NCBI GenBank assembly: GCA_964016885.1
Contig: OZ024741.1
Location: 179,304,001 to 179,368,000, forward strand
Reading direction: 5' to 3'
DNA from: Eledone cirrhosa
Lineage: Eukaryota
DNA: 64,000 nucleotides
Below are positions 51,289 through 64,000 of this stretch, piece by piece. Each line of letters opens with the position of its first letter. Within the stretch, counting starts at the first letter, position 1. The notes under the pieces are model-generated. The model was not told where the DNA came from. It did not search any database and saw nothing but the letters and a program-made list of their open reading frames with translations. A program made the position numbers and the translations under genes.

Positions 51289-51967
51289 CTGTTCAAATAA
51301 AATACATAGAAATAATTTGTTTAGAATTCTGTTCTGAACCCCGAAGGTCGTCAAGCCAGAGTTTATCATAGTTTCATTGGCATTTAAATGACAGAGTACG
51401 ACATCTCCTGAACAGGATGCTCGTCCACCACAAGGTTAAAGTCTGTTCCAAGCTAAGAAAGTCATCAGGTCAGTGCTTATACTGTGAGTACAAAACACCC
51501 TAAGGCCAGCAGCTCATCAAGCCCAAGCTTATCCCCGTTTCATTGGTATTATGAGAGTAGAAGTCTTCAGTAACTCTCGACAGGATGCTGGTCCAGTGCA
51601 GGGTTAGCTCCCAGCTTCATGAATACAATGTACCACTTGGCCCAGGAATTGAACCCACAATATCACGATCATAAATTCAACGCCTGTACAGTGGTTTGTG
51701 TTAGGAAGGGCATTCAGTTGCAGGAACCATGCCAAAAGGCTTGAGAGGACCCTTCAGTCATGTAATGGTCATGACAACCTCTTTATTGCTGGTTCCACAA
51801 TAAAACACACTCAGTTCACTCTGTAAAGAGGTTAGTGTTATAAAGGGGATCCAGCTGTAGAACCCATGCCAAAAATGCTGAAAGGACCCTCTACTTGTGT
51901 CAAGAACATGCCAATATCCCTAGTGCTGGTGCCACGATAAAATCCACCCAGTATACACTGTAAAGTG

Positions 51968-51999
<32 letters not shown>

Positions 52000-52261
52000 T
52001 AATGGATCCATCCAGTTCCACACTGTAAATGTGGTTGGTGTTAAAAAGGGCATCCAGCTGTAAAATACCCAGCCAAATTTACAGTCATCAGAGCAAGGTA
52101 CGGCATATTAATTCTGGCCAGACTTGCCTCCCATCTAACCCATGTAAGCATGGGAAAATGGACGCTAAACAGTGATGATGATGATGGTGATATAGGTGTA
52201 TGTGAGTGAGTTTGCTTCCATGTGGTGATGGTGATGATGATAATGATGGAAATTTACTTAC

Positions 52262-52393
52262 CTGCCTGAAGTTTTAATGGTCTGTAGTTACCATCTGGGC
52301 TAAGTGTTTTAAGTAAGTTTTGAAACTCTTTATTTTCAGGTAGCATTACCTTTTCTTTATCTTTAGAGCTAATGCATTCTTTTCCTGTCTTGG
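52262..52393 (-). CDS. ADAM10: ADAM10 exon: cysteine-rich domain (TKTGKECISSKD..PLKLQA)
   Basis: AG/GT sites, phase 1-1, open, bridges both neighbours. Confidence 0.85.
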
Positions 52394-52539
52394 CTGAAAC
52401 ATAAGTTAAATTTTTGTTTTAATACACTTAAGTAATATATATATTATTTCAAGGTCCAAAGTTACAGGTACTGATTACATTCATACTCCCTTTTCTCATT
52501 AAGGATTCGTAACTCAGTCTGGACCTGTCGATCTAACTA

Positions 52540-53363
52540 CCGCATATACTGGAATATAAACTGAGGAATGTGACCAAAGAATTGATGGTAAAATGGGGAA
52601 GAGGGGGGAATGTCCAGCTTATATTCGGGGTCTATATTTTGACGATTTTCACCAACTTCAAATTCTATTTAAATAAAATGCTAACATGTCTGGAGTGACT
52701 ATTTTACAATGAAACAGTTTTTCTACATTTACATCATTATTGATTATTTATGCACTCCCTTGAAAATATTTCCAACAGATTTTTTTATAATTTGAACTTT
52801 TTAATACATAAATATCCCTTACACACACATATGCATACACATGCGTTTTTCTCTGATGTGTTACTTTTCTTTCAATCTCATGTAAGATTGAAATCTTACT
52901 TCCGATTTTATTTTATTTTATTGCTCTCGTTCTCTCTCTCACTTCCCGCACTCTCTTTTTTTTTGTTCTGCTTCTCTCTCTCCCTTCCCCTCTATGAATC
53001 CCCATACAAAGTTCTCTTATTTGATCTCTAGCTTTCAAAGTACTTCTAGCATGTGAGTGGCCAGAAGTAAACAAAAATTTGAGAAACTTGTTGAAATGTA
53101 ATCAAACTCATTATGTAATAGAGTTGTGAAACAACAACTATACTCTAAACAACACTTAAAACATTTTAAACATCAAAATATTAAAACTTCATGAATATAT
53201 TTTATACTCATGAGAATTTCAAAACCATGCCATCTAAACATGTGTTGATTAGCTGCCTTGGCTTATAAACAGGATTTGGATTTTCGCCCATCTCTCAGAT
53301 ATAAAATATGATGAAGGAGTGGTGCTGATGGAGGTAGAGTGGCTTATATTCGAGTATATACGG
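52540..53363. mobile_element. Tc1/mariner-pogo-like non-autonomous element
   Basis: TA|CCGCATATACTGGAATATAA ... TTATATTCGAGTATATACGG|TA terminal inverted repeats. Confidence 0.7.
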
Positions 53364-54066
53364 TAAGTTTGATCCTGAATCTTATATTTTGTCTCTTTAA
53401 CTTAAACCAATGATTCTGTAGGATATATTTCAAAATATGTTTTGCTCTATGCAAAGCTACCACAATGTATAATTTTATTTACAAAATAGTTAGGAATATG
53501 TCGAGCATTTACTAGAATTTGCCGTATTCTTTGGATACTATTGCAAGATGTATATTATATCATTATATTTCATACAATACAGATGAGTACTAATTTTATT
53601 GCAGTAAAGGAACTATGCCACAAAAACTAGCAACTGCTATCTGTATATCACAACACAAGTATTTTAAAGCCATTTTGTCAGTCAAAGCAGGAGTTGGCCT
53701 TGTGGGCCCCAATGACAGGCTCCATTCTCATCATGGGCCTTTTTTTAAGCAATATTTTACAGGAGAATGCCTTTCCTGGTACCAACTTCATTGGTTGACT
53801 CTTACAACCAGCAGGGGTACAGTGTACTTATAAACTCATACACAGCATTACTTGCATTTTTTAATACAACAACAATTGCTTTAAAGCCATTTTCCCAATT
53901 AATGCCTTGTGGGCCCCATGACAAGCTTATCCATTTCCAAAATATAGAATGTATGAGTAAGATGTGGTCCTCTTGAATTCAACCTGTCTTAGACCATGAT
54001 AACCCATCCAACCCAAGCCAGTGTAAAAAACAAACATAAAACAATGATAAGGATAATAATACATAC

Positions 54067-54175
54067 TACAAGAAACGTAACAGAGTAGTTCACGATCAAA
54101 TTTATCATCGTTATCAGGAGGTGTCAGAAAACATTCTTCCCAACTAATATTCCGACATACAGATCCAATGCAATG
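54067..54175 (-). CDS. ADAM10: ADAM10 exon (HCIGSVCRNISWEECFL..LCYVSC)
   Basis: Cysteine spacing matches ADAM10; AG/GT sites, phase 0-1. Confidence 0.9.
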
Positions 54176-54630
54176 CTACACGAAAAACAAAAAGAACAAA
54201 ATAAAGAAACACTAAAAAAATTGCACATTCTTCAGAAAATAATGTGATTCTAGTTATCCATAATTTTTAAAAATCAGCAGGGAAAAAGGGTACAACCCTT
54301 TAGCATTTACATTACTCTATATATGCTATTGTGTTTTCGTAGTAAAAGCTTTATCGAATCTATGAGATTTTGACATTATTTATTTTGAGAACAATACCTT
54401 AACATCAGTATGAATGGCCAGTTACAGCTGGTTTGAACAGAAGAGATGAGAGATTTCTGGCTGGTTACAGCCAGTTTAAATGCTAAAGGGTTAATTAATA
54501 GGAAAAAGGGTGCATTTCAATAGAAATATGGCCAGGAAAGTTTTAAATAAAATTCTATATTTCTACAACAATAATAATGGTAAAAACAAATCCAAAGCTA
54601 GAAGAAAAGACCAAAGATTTCAATACTTAC

Positions 54631-54715
54631 ACCTGCAATACACACTTTGCTGTTGTAGTTGCACAGTGACATGTTTGCTTTAAATGCTGGAATTGGGCAA
54701 GTTGCAGTAACACCA
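54631..54715 (-). CDS. ADAM10: ADAM10 exon (N/GVTATCPIPAFKANMSLCNYNSKVCIAG), preceded by an AC acceptor
   Basis: Aligns to ADAM10 NGFTALCP..CN..QVCING; gtaagt donor. Confidence 0.9.
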
Positions 54716-55610
54716 GTAAGATGCAGTTAAAGAAAATAAATTGAACTTGCAATGGCATTTCAAGATTACAGAGAAAGTAATCCAAACAAAATTTTCGGAA
54801 ATTTTATAAATGAAAATATAAACAAGAATAATTATATTTTGTAAAGATTAAATCAATTCCAGTATTTATAGTATTTTATCGATCCCCAATTCCTTCCAAA
54901 AAGTAAAAACGGGTGCAGGCGCGACAGGTTTTGAAGTGAAATCGTAAAGCATGTAACTGAACACCACAAGATATTTTGTCCCATACAAAGCCATACATTT
55001 CCAGTTGTTAAATCAACGGAAGAGCTTGCTTATGAAATTAACATGTAAGTAGCTGAGCATTCCACAGACATATGTAACTTTAACATAATTCTCCAGGAGA
55101 TTCAGTGTGTTTAAGGGTGACCCTTTGTATTACATGTACATCTCATCCAACAGACATCCAGACAGTTTCCAACTATCCAATTTCACTCTCTCGACACAGG
55201 TCAACGACATTTGCCTAAGATGCCACACAGTGAAATTGAACCTGGGACCTAATGATTGCAAAACTAACTTCTTAACCACACACCATGAATACCTCTATTT
55301 AGTCATACCTCTATTTTATTTTCAACATTTACAATGAACCATATAATTTGAACTGAGGTTTTGTAAGTCCAGAAGATAACTTCTTTGATGGTTTTTCCTG
55401 TTGTATGTCCATGAATATAAGACTGCCACTCCTGTGAGCCTGTACAGCCACAGCTAATGCTGTACTTCCATCAGCAACTGACACAAAATTCTCCAGGTGC
55501 AGATCCATTGTCTTTCAAGACTGATGAAAACCAATAGAATAGATGTGACTTATATACAAGCATATGCAGTATATATGGTAAGCTGTGAGCACACACTCAA
55601 TAAAGGATAT
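54716..55610 (-). other. U12-type AT-AC intron (895 nt)
   Basis: 5' splice site ATATCCTTTA, branch point TTCTTTAAC at 54734-54726, 3' end ..cttAC; splicing restores the conserved C-N-G. Confidence 0.92.
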
Positions 55611-55715
55611 TTACAAGAAGAATTATAAGTGCATCCCTCCTCCTCTTCTTTATGACACAGTTTATCAGATATAAATTCGCACCTATCCCCATTGCAACAA
55701 GGACCTGAAGTTTCA
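55611..55715 (-). CDS. ADAM10: ADAM10 exon: disintegrin domain (SETSGPCCNGDRCEF..GCTYNSSC)
   Basis: ttttcag acceptor; GPCC motif; ends at the AT donor, phase 2-2. Confidence 0.9.
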
Positions 55716-56365
55716 CTGAAAATAAACAAAAAAGAAAATTATTTGTAGTTGAAATATACTCAATATAAACAGTGTAACTATCAATCTATAAAACAATGTC
55801 TAAAAACAGGTTTGTTAATTAAACAAGTTTATAGTATTTTTACTAGCAAACAGATTGATATGAAAATTTTCAGTATTAGAGTGAAGACTTTAATTTTTAA
55901 TTAACAGGAATTTATTTTATTCATCCTAGAGAGACAAAAGTAAAACACCACAACGTTTTTGGTCCACCAGTCTATTACTTCAGTTTTAAAAAAAAGTTCA
56001 AGTCTGTCCCAAGCTCAGAGACACATCAATCCAGAGCTTAACCCAGTTTCATTGCTGCTACAGCTGGTACTCATCTTTCCCCATCTAACTGGACTGAAGC
56101 AACATATAGATAAAGTGTTTTAATTAAAAACACAACATACTACCCGGTCTAAGAATCTCACAATAATGAGTTCAACACCTTCCCAACGAGGCAGCATACT
56201 TTCATTTCAACAACAACATAAATTGTTTGCAACAAAGACACAAGCCGCCCAGTCTGGGAATCCCATACTGGACTTCCCAATGAGTCCAACATCCTCACAA
56301 GGTCGCATACCTTGATTTCAAAAACAATAACTAAGACGGTTTGTAAGTCAAATTAAAGGAATCAC

Positions 56366-56519
56366 CTGCAATTCTTTCCTGCTTTCAAAGTACACTGTGT
56401 TCCTATTGTACTACCGCGGTAGTGACAGCATTTGTTGTTAGAACAGTCTTCTTTATAACCACAGTCACATTGCTCTCCTTCTTCAACAAGCTTGTTACCA
56501 CAGAAAGCTGCTGTTGAGG
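56366..56519 (-). CDS. ADAM10: ADAM10 exon: start of disintegrin domain (AFCGNKLVEEGEQCDCG..)
   Basis: CGN..VEEGEQCDCG signature; AG/GT sites, phase 1-2. Confidence 0.95.
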
Positions 56520-57014
56520 CTACAGAACAATATAAACAATATTAACCCTTCAACTATTTTGATGCTAAACCACCTAAAACCACTCTTGGTTCTTAGTTTT
56601 AAAATGTCTATATTTATCTTAAAACTTTCCATCATAATTATATGTAAAGAGATTTGTTAAGATGTGCACCAAGCACCAACTAAATAATAAGAAATCTCAC
56701 CAATTTTTTTTTCAAAACTTATTCAAAAAATGTATTTCATTAGAAATATGGTAACAGAATGGTTTATATTCAAATTTAAATTCAAATCTTGGTGTGAAAT
56801 CTCATGATTACATGCAAGATAATATTAGATTTCATCAGTAGTTAAATATTTTTCATTTATCATTAAGTTGAAAGTTAGTTATTTTGCTAAACTTCTTATA
56901 ATTCCTGAGTATTTTCATAATTAAAACAAGTTGGAATATGATGTGCTTAATTATCTCAACCTAACAATTTGAAAATAAAATTAAAAAAGAAAAAAAGATT
57001 TTCATCTTACTTAC

Positions 57015-57213
57015 AGACAAAACAATTTCTTTTACCATTCTTTTTATTAACAACAGCATCAAGTACTCTGGTAATATTATCTTTGCTACAAGGTGAAAAC
57101 ATACTGTTGTGTTTCTTATCACCAGAAGTGGCACTAGCGTACATAATATAATTGCCCTCATTAGCATCTTTTTCATTAGAGCCGTAGGGAGCACATTCCA
57201 CACTTTTGTCATG
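57015..57213 (-). CDS. ADAM10: ADAM10 exon: third zinc His and Met-turn (HD..GNYIMYASATSGDKKHNSMFSPCS)
   Basis: Diagnostic GNYIMYA.ATSGD; AG/GT sites. Confidence 0.95.
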
Positions 57214-58121
57214 CTGTAAAGATAATAGTTAAAATAAGACAGTTTTATTATAAAAATACCCACAACAATACCAAAAAGTGTAAATATGAAATTTATAATG
57301 GAAAACAAAGTGGGAGAGTGGACAGAAGTTTGAGGTTAAAAAAACTATGTACTACTTCATGGGCTACTTAGGACTGACTTTATACTTAACTATTCTTCTA
57401 CACCTAATACACCTGATATTCTTGTCCCCTAAAAGTAAAATCACCAGTATTACATGACCCACACAGCTCCTATTCCTCAGATTAAATAAAATCATCATCA
57501 TTTTTCGTCATCATTTTACGTCCACTTTTCCCTGCTTGCTAGGGTGGGACGGGAACTGATTCTGGCTTGATTTCTACAGCTGGATGCCCTTCCTAATGCC
57601 CTTCCTAAAGACTTGCTTCTTCATATTTTTACAGCTGAAGTGTAAGGAGAGGATTTCCAACTTCATAATATGATCTAGTGAATTATTATATAGTTCAGCA
57701 AAATGGACGATCTTGCAAGGGTCTGGAATCAAAGGTGTGGGAAAATCGGTATTATCATCATCTTTTAACATTTGTTATTCTAAGCTAGCGTGGGTTGGAC
57801 AGGCCATTACATACTAAGTCAGTACTTAATTGGTGCTACTGTCTTCCCAGATGAACCAAGTGCCATGTCTCACATATGTCCTGGTCTTACAGGGACTATG
57901 GAGCCTACCATGTTCTTGACTCAACTGAAAAGTTCCCTTAACAGAATCTATTGGGTGCATTTTTCATGGCACCATAATTAGAAAGGTTGTACCCTTGACA
58001 CAACTGAAGAATCCTCTCAACCCTTCGTTTGGCATGGAGTCTACAGTGTCTTATTAGAAATGAGGTAATGAAAGTTAAATATTATTATAGAAGAAAGGCA
58101 ATAAAACAAAAAAATTCTTAC

Positions 58122-58294
58122 CGGTGAGCCAAAATTATGACCGATTTCATGGGCAAAGGTTAACTGAGAGACTTTTGGTGGAACTCGTCGATTGAAATTC
58201 ACAAGAGTTACAACTCCAGTGTTTAAGCTTTTAGCAACTCTCTTTGTACCTTCAGGAAATGGTTGGTACTTTTCACATATACCTCCCGCAGCTG
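58122..58294 (-). CDS. ADAM10: ADAM10 exon: catalytic site ([25 protein letters not shown])
   Basis: HExGHxxGxxH zinc motif, completed by the next exon; TAGCAG tandem acceptor. Confidence 0.96.
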
Positions 58295-59009
58295 CTATTG
58301 AAAAAATAGTTTTAACCATCTAATATTAGAGGGAAATAGATAGAGGTTGAGACCTGAAAGAAGCGATGCATGCGACAGAAGTGTGTAGCATGCAACATGG
58401 GTGTAATACAGCTGGCACTAAAATGGAAACATTAACCACAAAATACTGATACTTATATAAAAGCTGGATAACACTGAATTGACTATAACCTGCAATACAA
58501 CAACAAGCATTTTAATACCGTTTTCCCTGTTAAAGTAGAAGTTAGCTTTGTGACGCCCTTCGACAAATTTCTCTATTTTGCACTATCTTTTGTATTCCCT
58601 TTCACCACCACCCTAGCTTTCATTTCCGCTTCCTTCAACAATAGCTGTCTTTGTTGGTCTTATCTCTATTTCTTTCATGACACAACCATTTCCATTTCTC
58701 TTCACAACATTCATCACTGGCTCTATTCCCATTAGCCTCTGCAATTCATTGTTTATTTTCTCTCTTGCTCCATCGTCATCATCGTTTTAATGTCCACTTT
58801 CCCTGCTAGCAAGTCAGTACTGAAGCAGAACTACTGATCTCCCAGACAGGCCAGGGATCTGCCTCACTTAGTACCTGCTTGTAACAGGCAGAGATACAGT
58901 GCATCAAATCTAAACCAAATACACACAGTGCATATCTCAAATTACACCCAAATATCTTAAGAAAGAAATAACATATGAGACAAAATATTTCCAGACATCA
59001 GGATCATCA

Positions 59010-59490
59010 TCAGTTTTATGTCCGTCCCTCCATGCTTACATGGATTGAATGGGTCTTCTTCAGCACAGCTTCCCTTCATTTGTTGCATTTCTTCATACCT
59101 CTTCTGTGAGGTTCAACATGTTGAAACTAGCTCTCAACAATTCAGCCCAGATTTTCCTTGGTCTTCTTCTGCAACTATCTTCCACTGGTATTTCCTGGCA
59201 CTTCTTTGTCTTATGATTATCATCCATAGCATACCAGTGCAATTTTCTCTCTTGAATGCAATATCTGATTCCTCTTATGTCTACTTTTTCTCTCAGTTCC
59301 TCTTGCTTCATCTTTTATGTGCACAAACATTATACATCCACTGTAGCATGCCTGATTCATTTCTGCCCAATCTTTACATATCCTTTGCATTCACTGCCCA
59401 TGTTGCACTATCATACAGCATTGCATTTCACAAGCAGGCATCATACAACCTGCCTTTCGCTTGAAGAGAAAATCTCTTGGCTGCCATTGT
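59010..59490 (-). mobile_element. Degraded RTE LINE 3' fragment
   Basis: ORF 59093..59311 ELREKVDIRGIRYCIQERKLHWY..RRPRKIW. Confidence 0.75.
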
Positions 59491-59881
59491 TAGGAAAATA
59501 AGAACCCAGAATAGTCAGTTAATCTATAAGAGGAAAGAAAGAGAAAGAGGAGGAGAAAGTTTGTGTGGGAAATAGAAGAAAGAGGGTAGGGGGAAATGTG
59601 TGGGAGAAAGAGGGAGTTGGGAGTAGTGTGTAAAAGAAAGAGAGAAAGTGGGAAATGAGTGTGTGAAAGACGGAGAGAGTGTATAAGAGAAGGGGAGAGA
59701 ATATGTGGGAGAAAGAGAGAGACAAAACTAGAGAAACTGTGGTAGTTACAAGATACCAACATAAAAAATCAGTTTCCATGGCAATATTAAGAGAAACAGT
59801 ATAGTTCACATAATAGAAATATAATAAAAAATACAACACAACATTAAACAACAACACAAATAAGAAAAACAGCTGCCTTAC

Positions 59882-60074
59882 TGTTGGGAGATCCAACCCA
59901 AGCAAGTCCCAAGGTGCCACCATTGAAATCTCTGTATGTAAATATGTAGGCCAGACAGAAGTCATCATGGGAGGTGAGTGAATTTTGATTTAGAAAGTTG
60001 CTCACGTCAATATTTGGAGAGCAGAACTGACTTGGGGTTTTACCACTGCAATTTTCAGTTTCAGGTGTCATAAT
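59882..60074 (-). CDS. ADAM10: ADAM10 exon: metalloprotease domain (NIDVSNFL..DDFCLAYIFTYRDFNGGTLGLAWVG)
   Basis: Diagnostic CLAY.FT.RDF..G.LGLAWVG; AG/GT sites. Confidence 0.96.
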
Positions 60075-60449
60075 CTGTAGTTAGATAGACAAACATTGAC
60101 ATTACTGTCATAAACTATAGTAAGATAAATATTGACATTACTGTCATAAACTATATTTAGATAAACATTGACATCATAAGCTAAAGTCAGTGAAATATTA
60201 CTGTAATAAGATATAATTAGGTAGTGAGGTAATAATTGAGTCAGGCAAATATTGACTTCATAAGTTAATGTCAGTGAAATATTACTGTCATAAGATATGG
60301 AGAGACAAACATTCATGTCATTAACTATAAACATTGATCTGGGAAACTACAATCGGACAAACATTGGCCTCAGACTACAATCAGACAAACACTGATCTCA
60401 GAAGCTACAATCAGACAAACACTGGCCTCAGGGGCTACAGAAGCTACAG

Positions 60450-61452
60450 ATGTTTATAGCCTACAATTAAATATATTTGGGTGTTTATAAGCTACAATTA
60501 AATATATTTGGGTGTTTATAAGCTACAATTAAATATATTTGGGTGTTTATAAGCTACAATGAAATATACATGGGTGTTTATAAGCTACAATGAAATATAT
60601 TTGGGTGTTTATAAGCTACAATTAAATATATTTGGGTGTTTATAAGCTACAATGAAATATACATGGGTGTTTATAAGCTACAATGAAATATACATGGGTG
60701 TTTATAAGGTACAATGAAATATATTTGGGTGTTTATAAGCTACAATGAAATATACTTGGGTGTTTATAAGCTACAATGAAATATATTTGGGTGTTTATAA
60801 GCTACAATGAAATATACTTGGGTGTTTATAAGGTACAATGAAATATATTTGGGTGTTTATAAGCTACAATGAAATATACTTGGGTGTTTATAAGCTACAA
60901 TGAAATATACATGGGTGTTTATAAGCTACAATGAAATATACATGGGTGTTTATAAGGTACAATGAAATATACTTGGGTGTTTATAAGCTACAATGAAATA
61001 TACTTGGGTGTTTATAAGCTACAATGAAATATACATGGGTGTTTATAAGCTACAATGAAATATACTTGGGTGTTTATAAGGTACAATGAAATATACTTGG
61101 GTGTTTATAAGGTACAATGAAATATACTTGGGTGTTTATAAGGTACAATGAAATATACTTGGGTGTTTATAAGCTACAATGAAATATACATGGGTGTTTA
61201 TAAGGTACAATGAAATATACTTGGGTGTTTATAAGCTACAATGAAATATACATGGGTGTTTATAAGCTACAATGAAATATACATGGGTGTTTATAAGCTA
61301 CAATGAAATATACATGGGTGTTTATAAGGTACAATGAAATATACATGGGTACAATGAAATATACTTGGGTGTTTATAAGCTACAATGAAATATACATGGG
61401 TGTTTATAAGCTACAGTAAAATATACATGGGTGTTTATAAGCTACAGTAAAA
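60450..61452. repeat. 31-bp minisatellite (~32 copies)
   Basis: Unit gggtgtttataagctacaatgaaatatacat with a few variant positions. Confidence 0.97.
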
Positions 61453-61892
61453 CAAAGATTATTAGAGAAAAATATAGTTCACTAGAAAGTAGACATAAAA
61501 AATATAACAACAAAATGAAGTTGAGTGTAACATAGCTGTGTGTAATCGACAACACTAAATTAATTCTGTTAATATTTATATTTTCAGCATTGTATAGTCA
61601 AATTATTGATTTAACACTTTCATTACTATAATTTTCAATAAATTTTGAAAATAATCAAGAATTTGAAAGGATTTAGTAATTCAATTAATTTTCTCATTAT
61701 TAACCTGGCATTTGGAACATACGTTATCAAAGGTTCTTACATAAAATTATGATGGAAAGGTTTTAGATAGATATAAACACTTTAAAACCAACAGTTTTGT
61801 ATTGTAGACAAAAGTGATTTCAGGAGGCTTGTTATCAAAAAGGTTAAATCAAATGTATTAAATTTGTTGTCAAAATAGTTAAATTTACTTAC

Positions 61893-62039
61893 AGTAGTCC
61901 GTTGTACAACAAAGCTAACACCAACGTATTTTAAGGAGCCATCATAGGTTGTGAAGTTAGTGTCCTCATAGATTGTTTTAACTGCATTCACATGATTTAC
62001 GAATAACCCAAGTATTTCATCTCTGGCTTCTGTAGGATT
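61893..62039 (-). CDS. ADAM10: ADAM10 exon (NPTEARDEILGLFVNHVNAVKTIYEDTNF..VSFVVQRTT)
   Basis: HV.AV..IY..T.F pattern; AG/GT sites, phase 0-0. Confidence 0.92.
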
Positions 62040-62844
62040 CTGTAATGAAAATTGACATGGGTAATTGCTGGCCTTGTGCCTAAAGTAGAAACAATTATTG
62101 ACACCAATGTCATTGACAGAGTCATCATCATCATTTTACATCCACTTTCCATTTTGAGTTGGATGCGCTGTCCTGGTCTAAGACTAGACAGATCGAAGAG
62201 ACCTCAGCTTGCTCATAAGTTCTCCATATAGCATGGTTTCTACAACTGGATGTAGTTTCCAATGCTACCCACCATAAAAAGTGTACTGGGTGTATTTCAG
62301 TGTGGCACTAGCTCTGCCACTTTACAGAGTATACTGAGTACATTTCATTGTGGAACAAGTATTAACACTTTACAGAGTATACTTTACAGAAGTCATATGA
62401 TTGGCCATATAGTGTCTACATTTGATTGTCAACCATTTTAATAAGACTACCAACTGCACTCCATTGTGATACAAACATGAGAAAGATTGTCAGATACACA
62501 ACAAGGCCAGAGAGTCCTCTCCACTCTATGTTTTCCCACACAGCCATGCTTGCAAATAACAACTTTTTTGAAAAATTAATATTGTCTTTATAGAAAAAAA
62601 TAAATGAAATTTACAGCGCACATCTGTGCAGGTTTAGCTGGCATCCTACATGGTTGTATTGCAAAAGAAGGTTTCTCAGGTGTTTTTACAAGCCCCAGTC
62701 TGATCATGAAAAGCAATGTGAAATGAAGCGTCTTGCTCAAGAACACAATGTGCCACCTAGTCCAGGAATCAAGCATGTAACCATATAATCATAAGTTCAA
62801 CACCCAAACCACTAGGACACACACATTTATATATTTTTTATTTT

Positions 62845-63151
62845 TTATTTTATGTCCGCTTTTTCCCTGCTTGCAAGGGTGGGACGGGAACTGATTCTGG
62901 CTTGATTTCTACAGCTGGATGCCCTTCCTAACACGAACCACATTTACAGTGAGTGCTGGGTGCTTTTTTTTTTTGCTGTGGAATGATATGGACCCCAGTC
63001 CCTATCATCTCATTTCTACAGCTGAGTAAACTGGAGCAATGGGAAATAAAGTGTCTTGCTCAAGGAAACAACACATCACCCGGTCTGAGAATTGAACTCA
63101 CAACCTTTCGATTGCAAGGCCAATGCTCTAACCACTAAGCCATGTGCCTCC
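62845..63151 (-). mobile_element. tRNA-derived SINE (family B) with intact A and B boxes
   Basis: GGAGGCACATGGCTTAGTGGTTAGAGC..GAGTTCAATTCT; near-identical to 31823-32198. Confidence 0.85.
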
Positions 63152-63283
63152 ATATCTTGTCTTTATAAATGTAACGTTCATGTAATATTATATATTATTT
63201 ACACCATTAGATTCACATAGATTGTGCTACCTTTTTATAAAACTATGATAAAGTTTCAATTGAATAGTCTTAAGTGTACTTAC

Positions 63284-63424
63284 ATATGTTAATGTCATAT
63301 ATTTCCATAATTCTGGATCGGACTGGAGAAATAATGTACATGTTCGGTTGCGTAATGTATTCTTTTCATACTGATTAGCATTCCTAGCATATCGTAACTT
63401 GCCTTCAGACTCACTGGAAACCTC
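63284..63424 (-). CDS. ADAM10: ADAM10 exon: prodomain/catalytic boundary (..KLRYAR..NRTCTLFLQSDPELWKY); upstream exons lie beyond the window
   Basis: RxxR proprotein-convertase-type site and TC.L..Q.D motif; AG/GT sites. The 13 exons sum to 1899 nt in frame. Confidence 0.9.
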
Positions 63425-63497
63425 CTGTAAAAGATAAACAATAAGAAACAGATATCAATTAGTTCCATTTGATGGTGTTTAACAGGTAGCGGGATTA

Positions 63498-63613
63498 TGT
63501 CTACTACCCTTGTTAATAAGGGTTTCTAATTTTGGCACAAGACCAACAATCTGGGTGTCTACTACCCTTGTTAATAAGGGTTTCTAATTTTGGCACAAGA
63601 CCAACAATCTGGG
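63498..63613. repeat. Tandem direct duplication of ~58 bp
   Basis: tgtctacta.ccttgttaataagggtttctaattttggcacaagaccaacaatctggg occurs twice. Confidence 0.9.
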
Positions 63614-64000
63614 GTCATGGAAAGTTAATTATATCAACACAAGTACTTGACACCAGTACTTTAATTGGTGCCTGAAAGGGTGAAAAGCAAAGTTAACCTC
63701 GTCGAGATTTGAACTCAGAATGTAAAGGGCTGTGGCTGAATACCTCAAAGCATTTATTTTGTCTGATGCTCTGATAACTGCCAATCTACCACCTTACCTT
63801 TGTTAATGATGGTTTGCTGGAGTTGTTATGTGGACGAAATTTCAAATATCTCAGTAAGGTTACCATCATCATCATTTAAACGAATGTAAAATGATGATGA
63901 TGATGATGATGACGATGATGACAATGATCTTATTGGGAATTTTTTAATTTCATCCATATAACAAATCTGGCAATCTATAAATTTTTAACAAAATAATTTT

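Noticed and set aside
57006-57014. Tandem donor GTAAGTAAG
   Set aside because: The second GT is 4 nt downstream and would frameshift; no evidence of use.
60450-61452. CRISPR-like array of ~31-bp repeats
   Set aside because: Units are head-to-tail with no unique spacers, no cas genes, and the context is a eukaryotic intron.
63075-63151. tRNA gene (also 34021-34095)
   Set aside because: A and B boxes are present, but no full cloverleaf is evident and the sequence continues into a SINE body and tail.

Overview
Eukaryotic, AT-rich, repeat-dense genomic DNA, most consistent with a coleoid cephalopod (octopus-like); this is inferred from the SINE/RTE/(TA)n repeat landscape and mollusc-type HSP70, not proven. 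All four protein genes lie on the minus strand. (1) A five-coding-exon, 221-aa securin/PTTG1-like gene (558-10171), not resolved by the ORF track, with a KEN box, two D-boxes, a DIE motif and a candidate CCAAT+CHR promoter at ~18.4-18.5 kb. (2,3) Two near-identical intronless HSP70 genes from a tandem duplication; both stop before the EEVD-type tail. (4) The last 13 coding exons (632 aa) of ADAM10/kuzbanian (43738-63424), including an AT-AC minor-spliceosome (U12) intron. The rest is mobile and repeat DNA: a young 5'-truncated RTE LINE, a CR1 nested in a solo LTR, CRE-clade fragments (one with an inverted 5' duplication), Helitrons, Tigger/hAT/piggyBac-like MITEs, tRNA-derived SINEs, long fold-back repeats with hammerhead-like motifs, a 6-kb compound (TA)n array and 31-/37-bp minisatellites. 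Exon coordinates and motifs were read by eye; no database searches were run.
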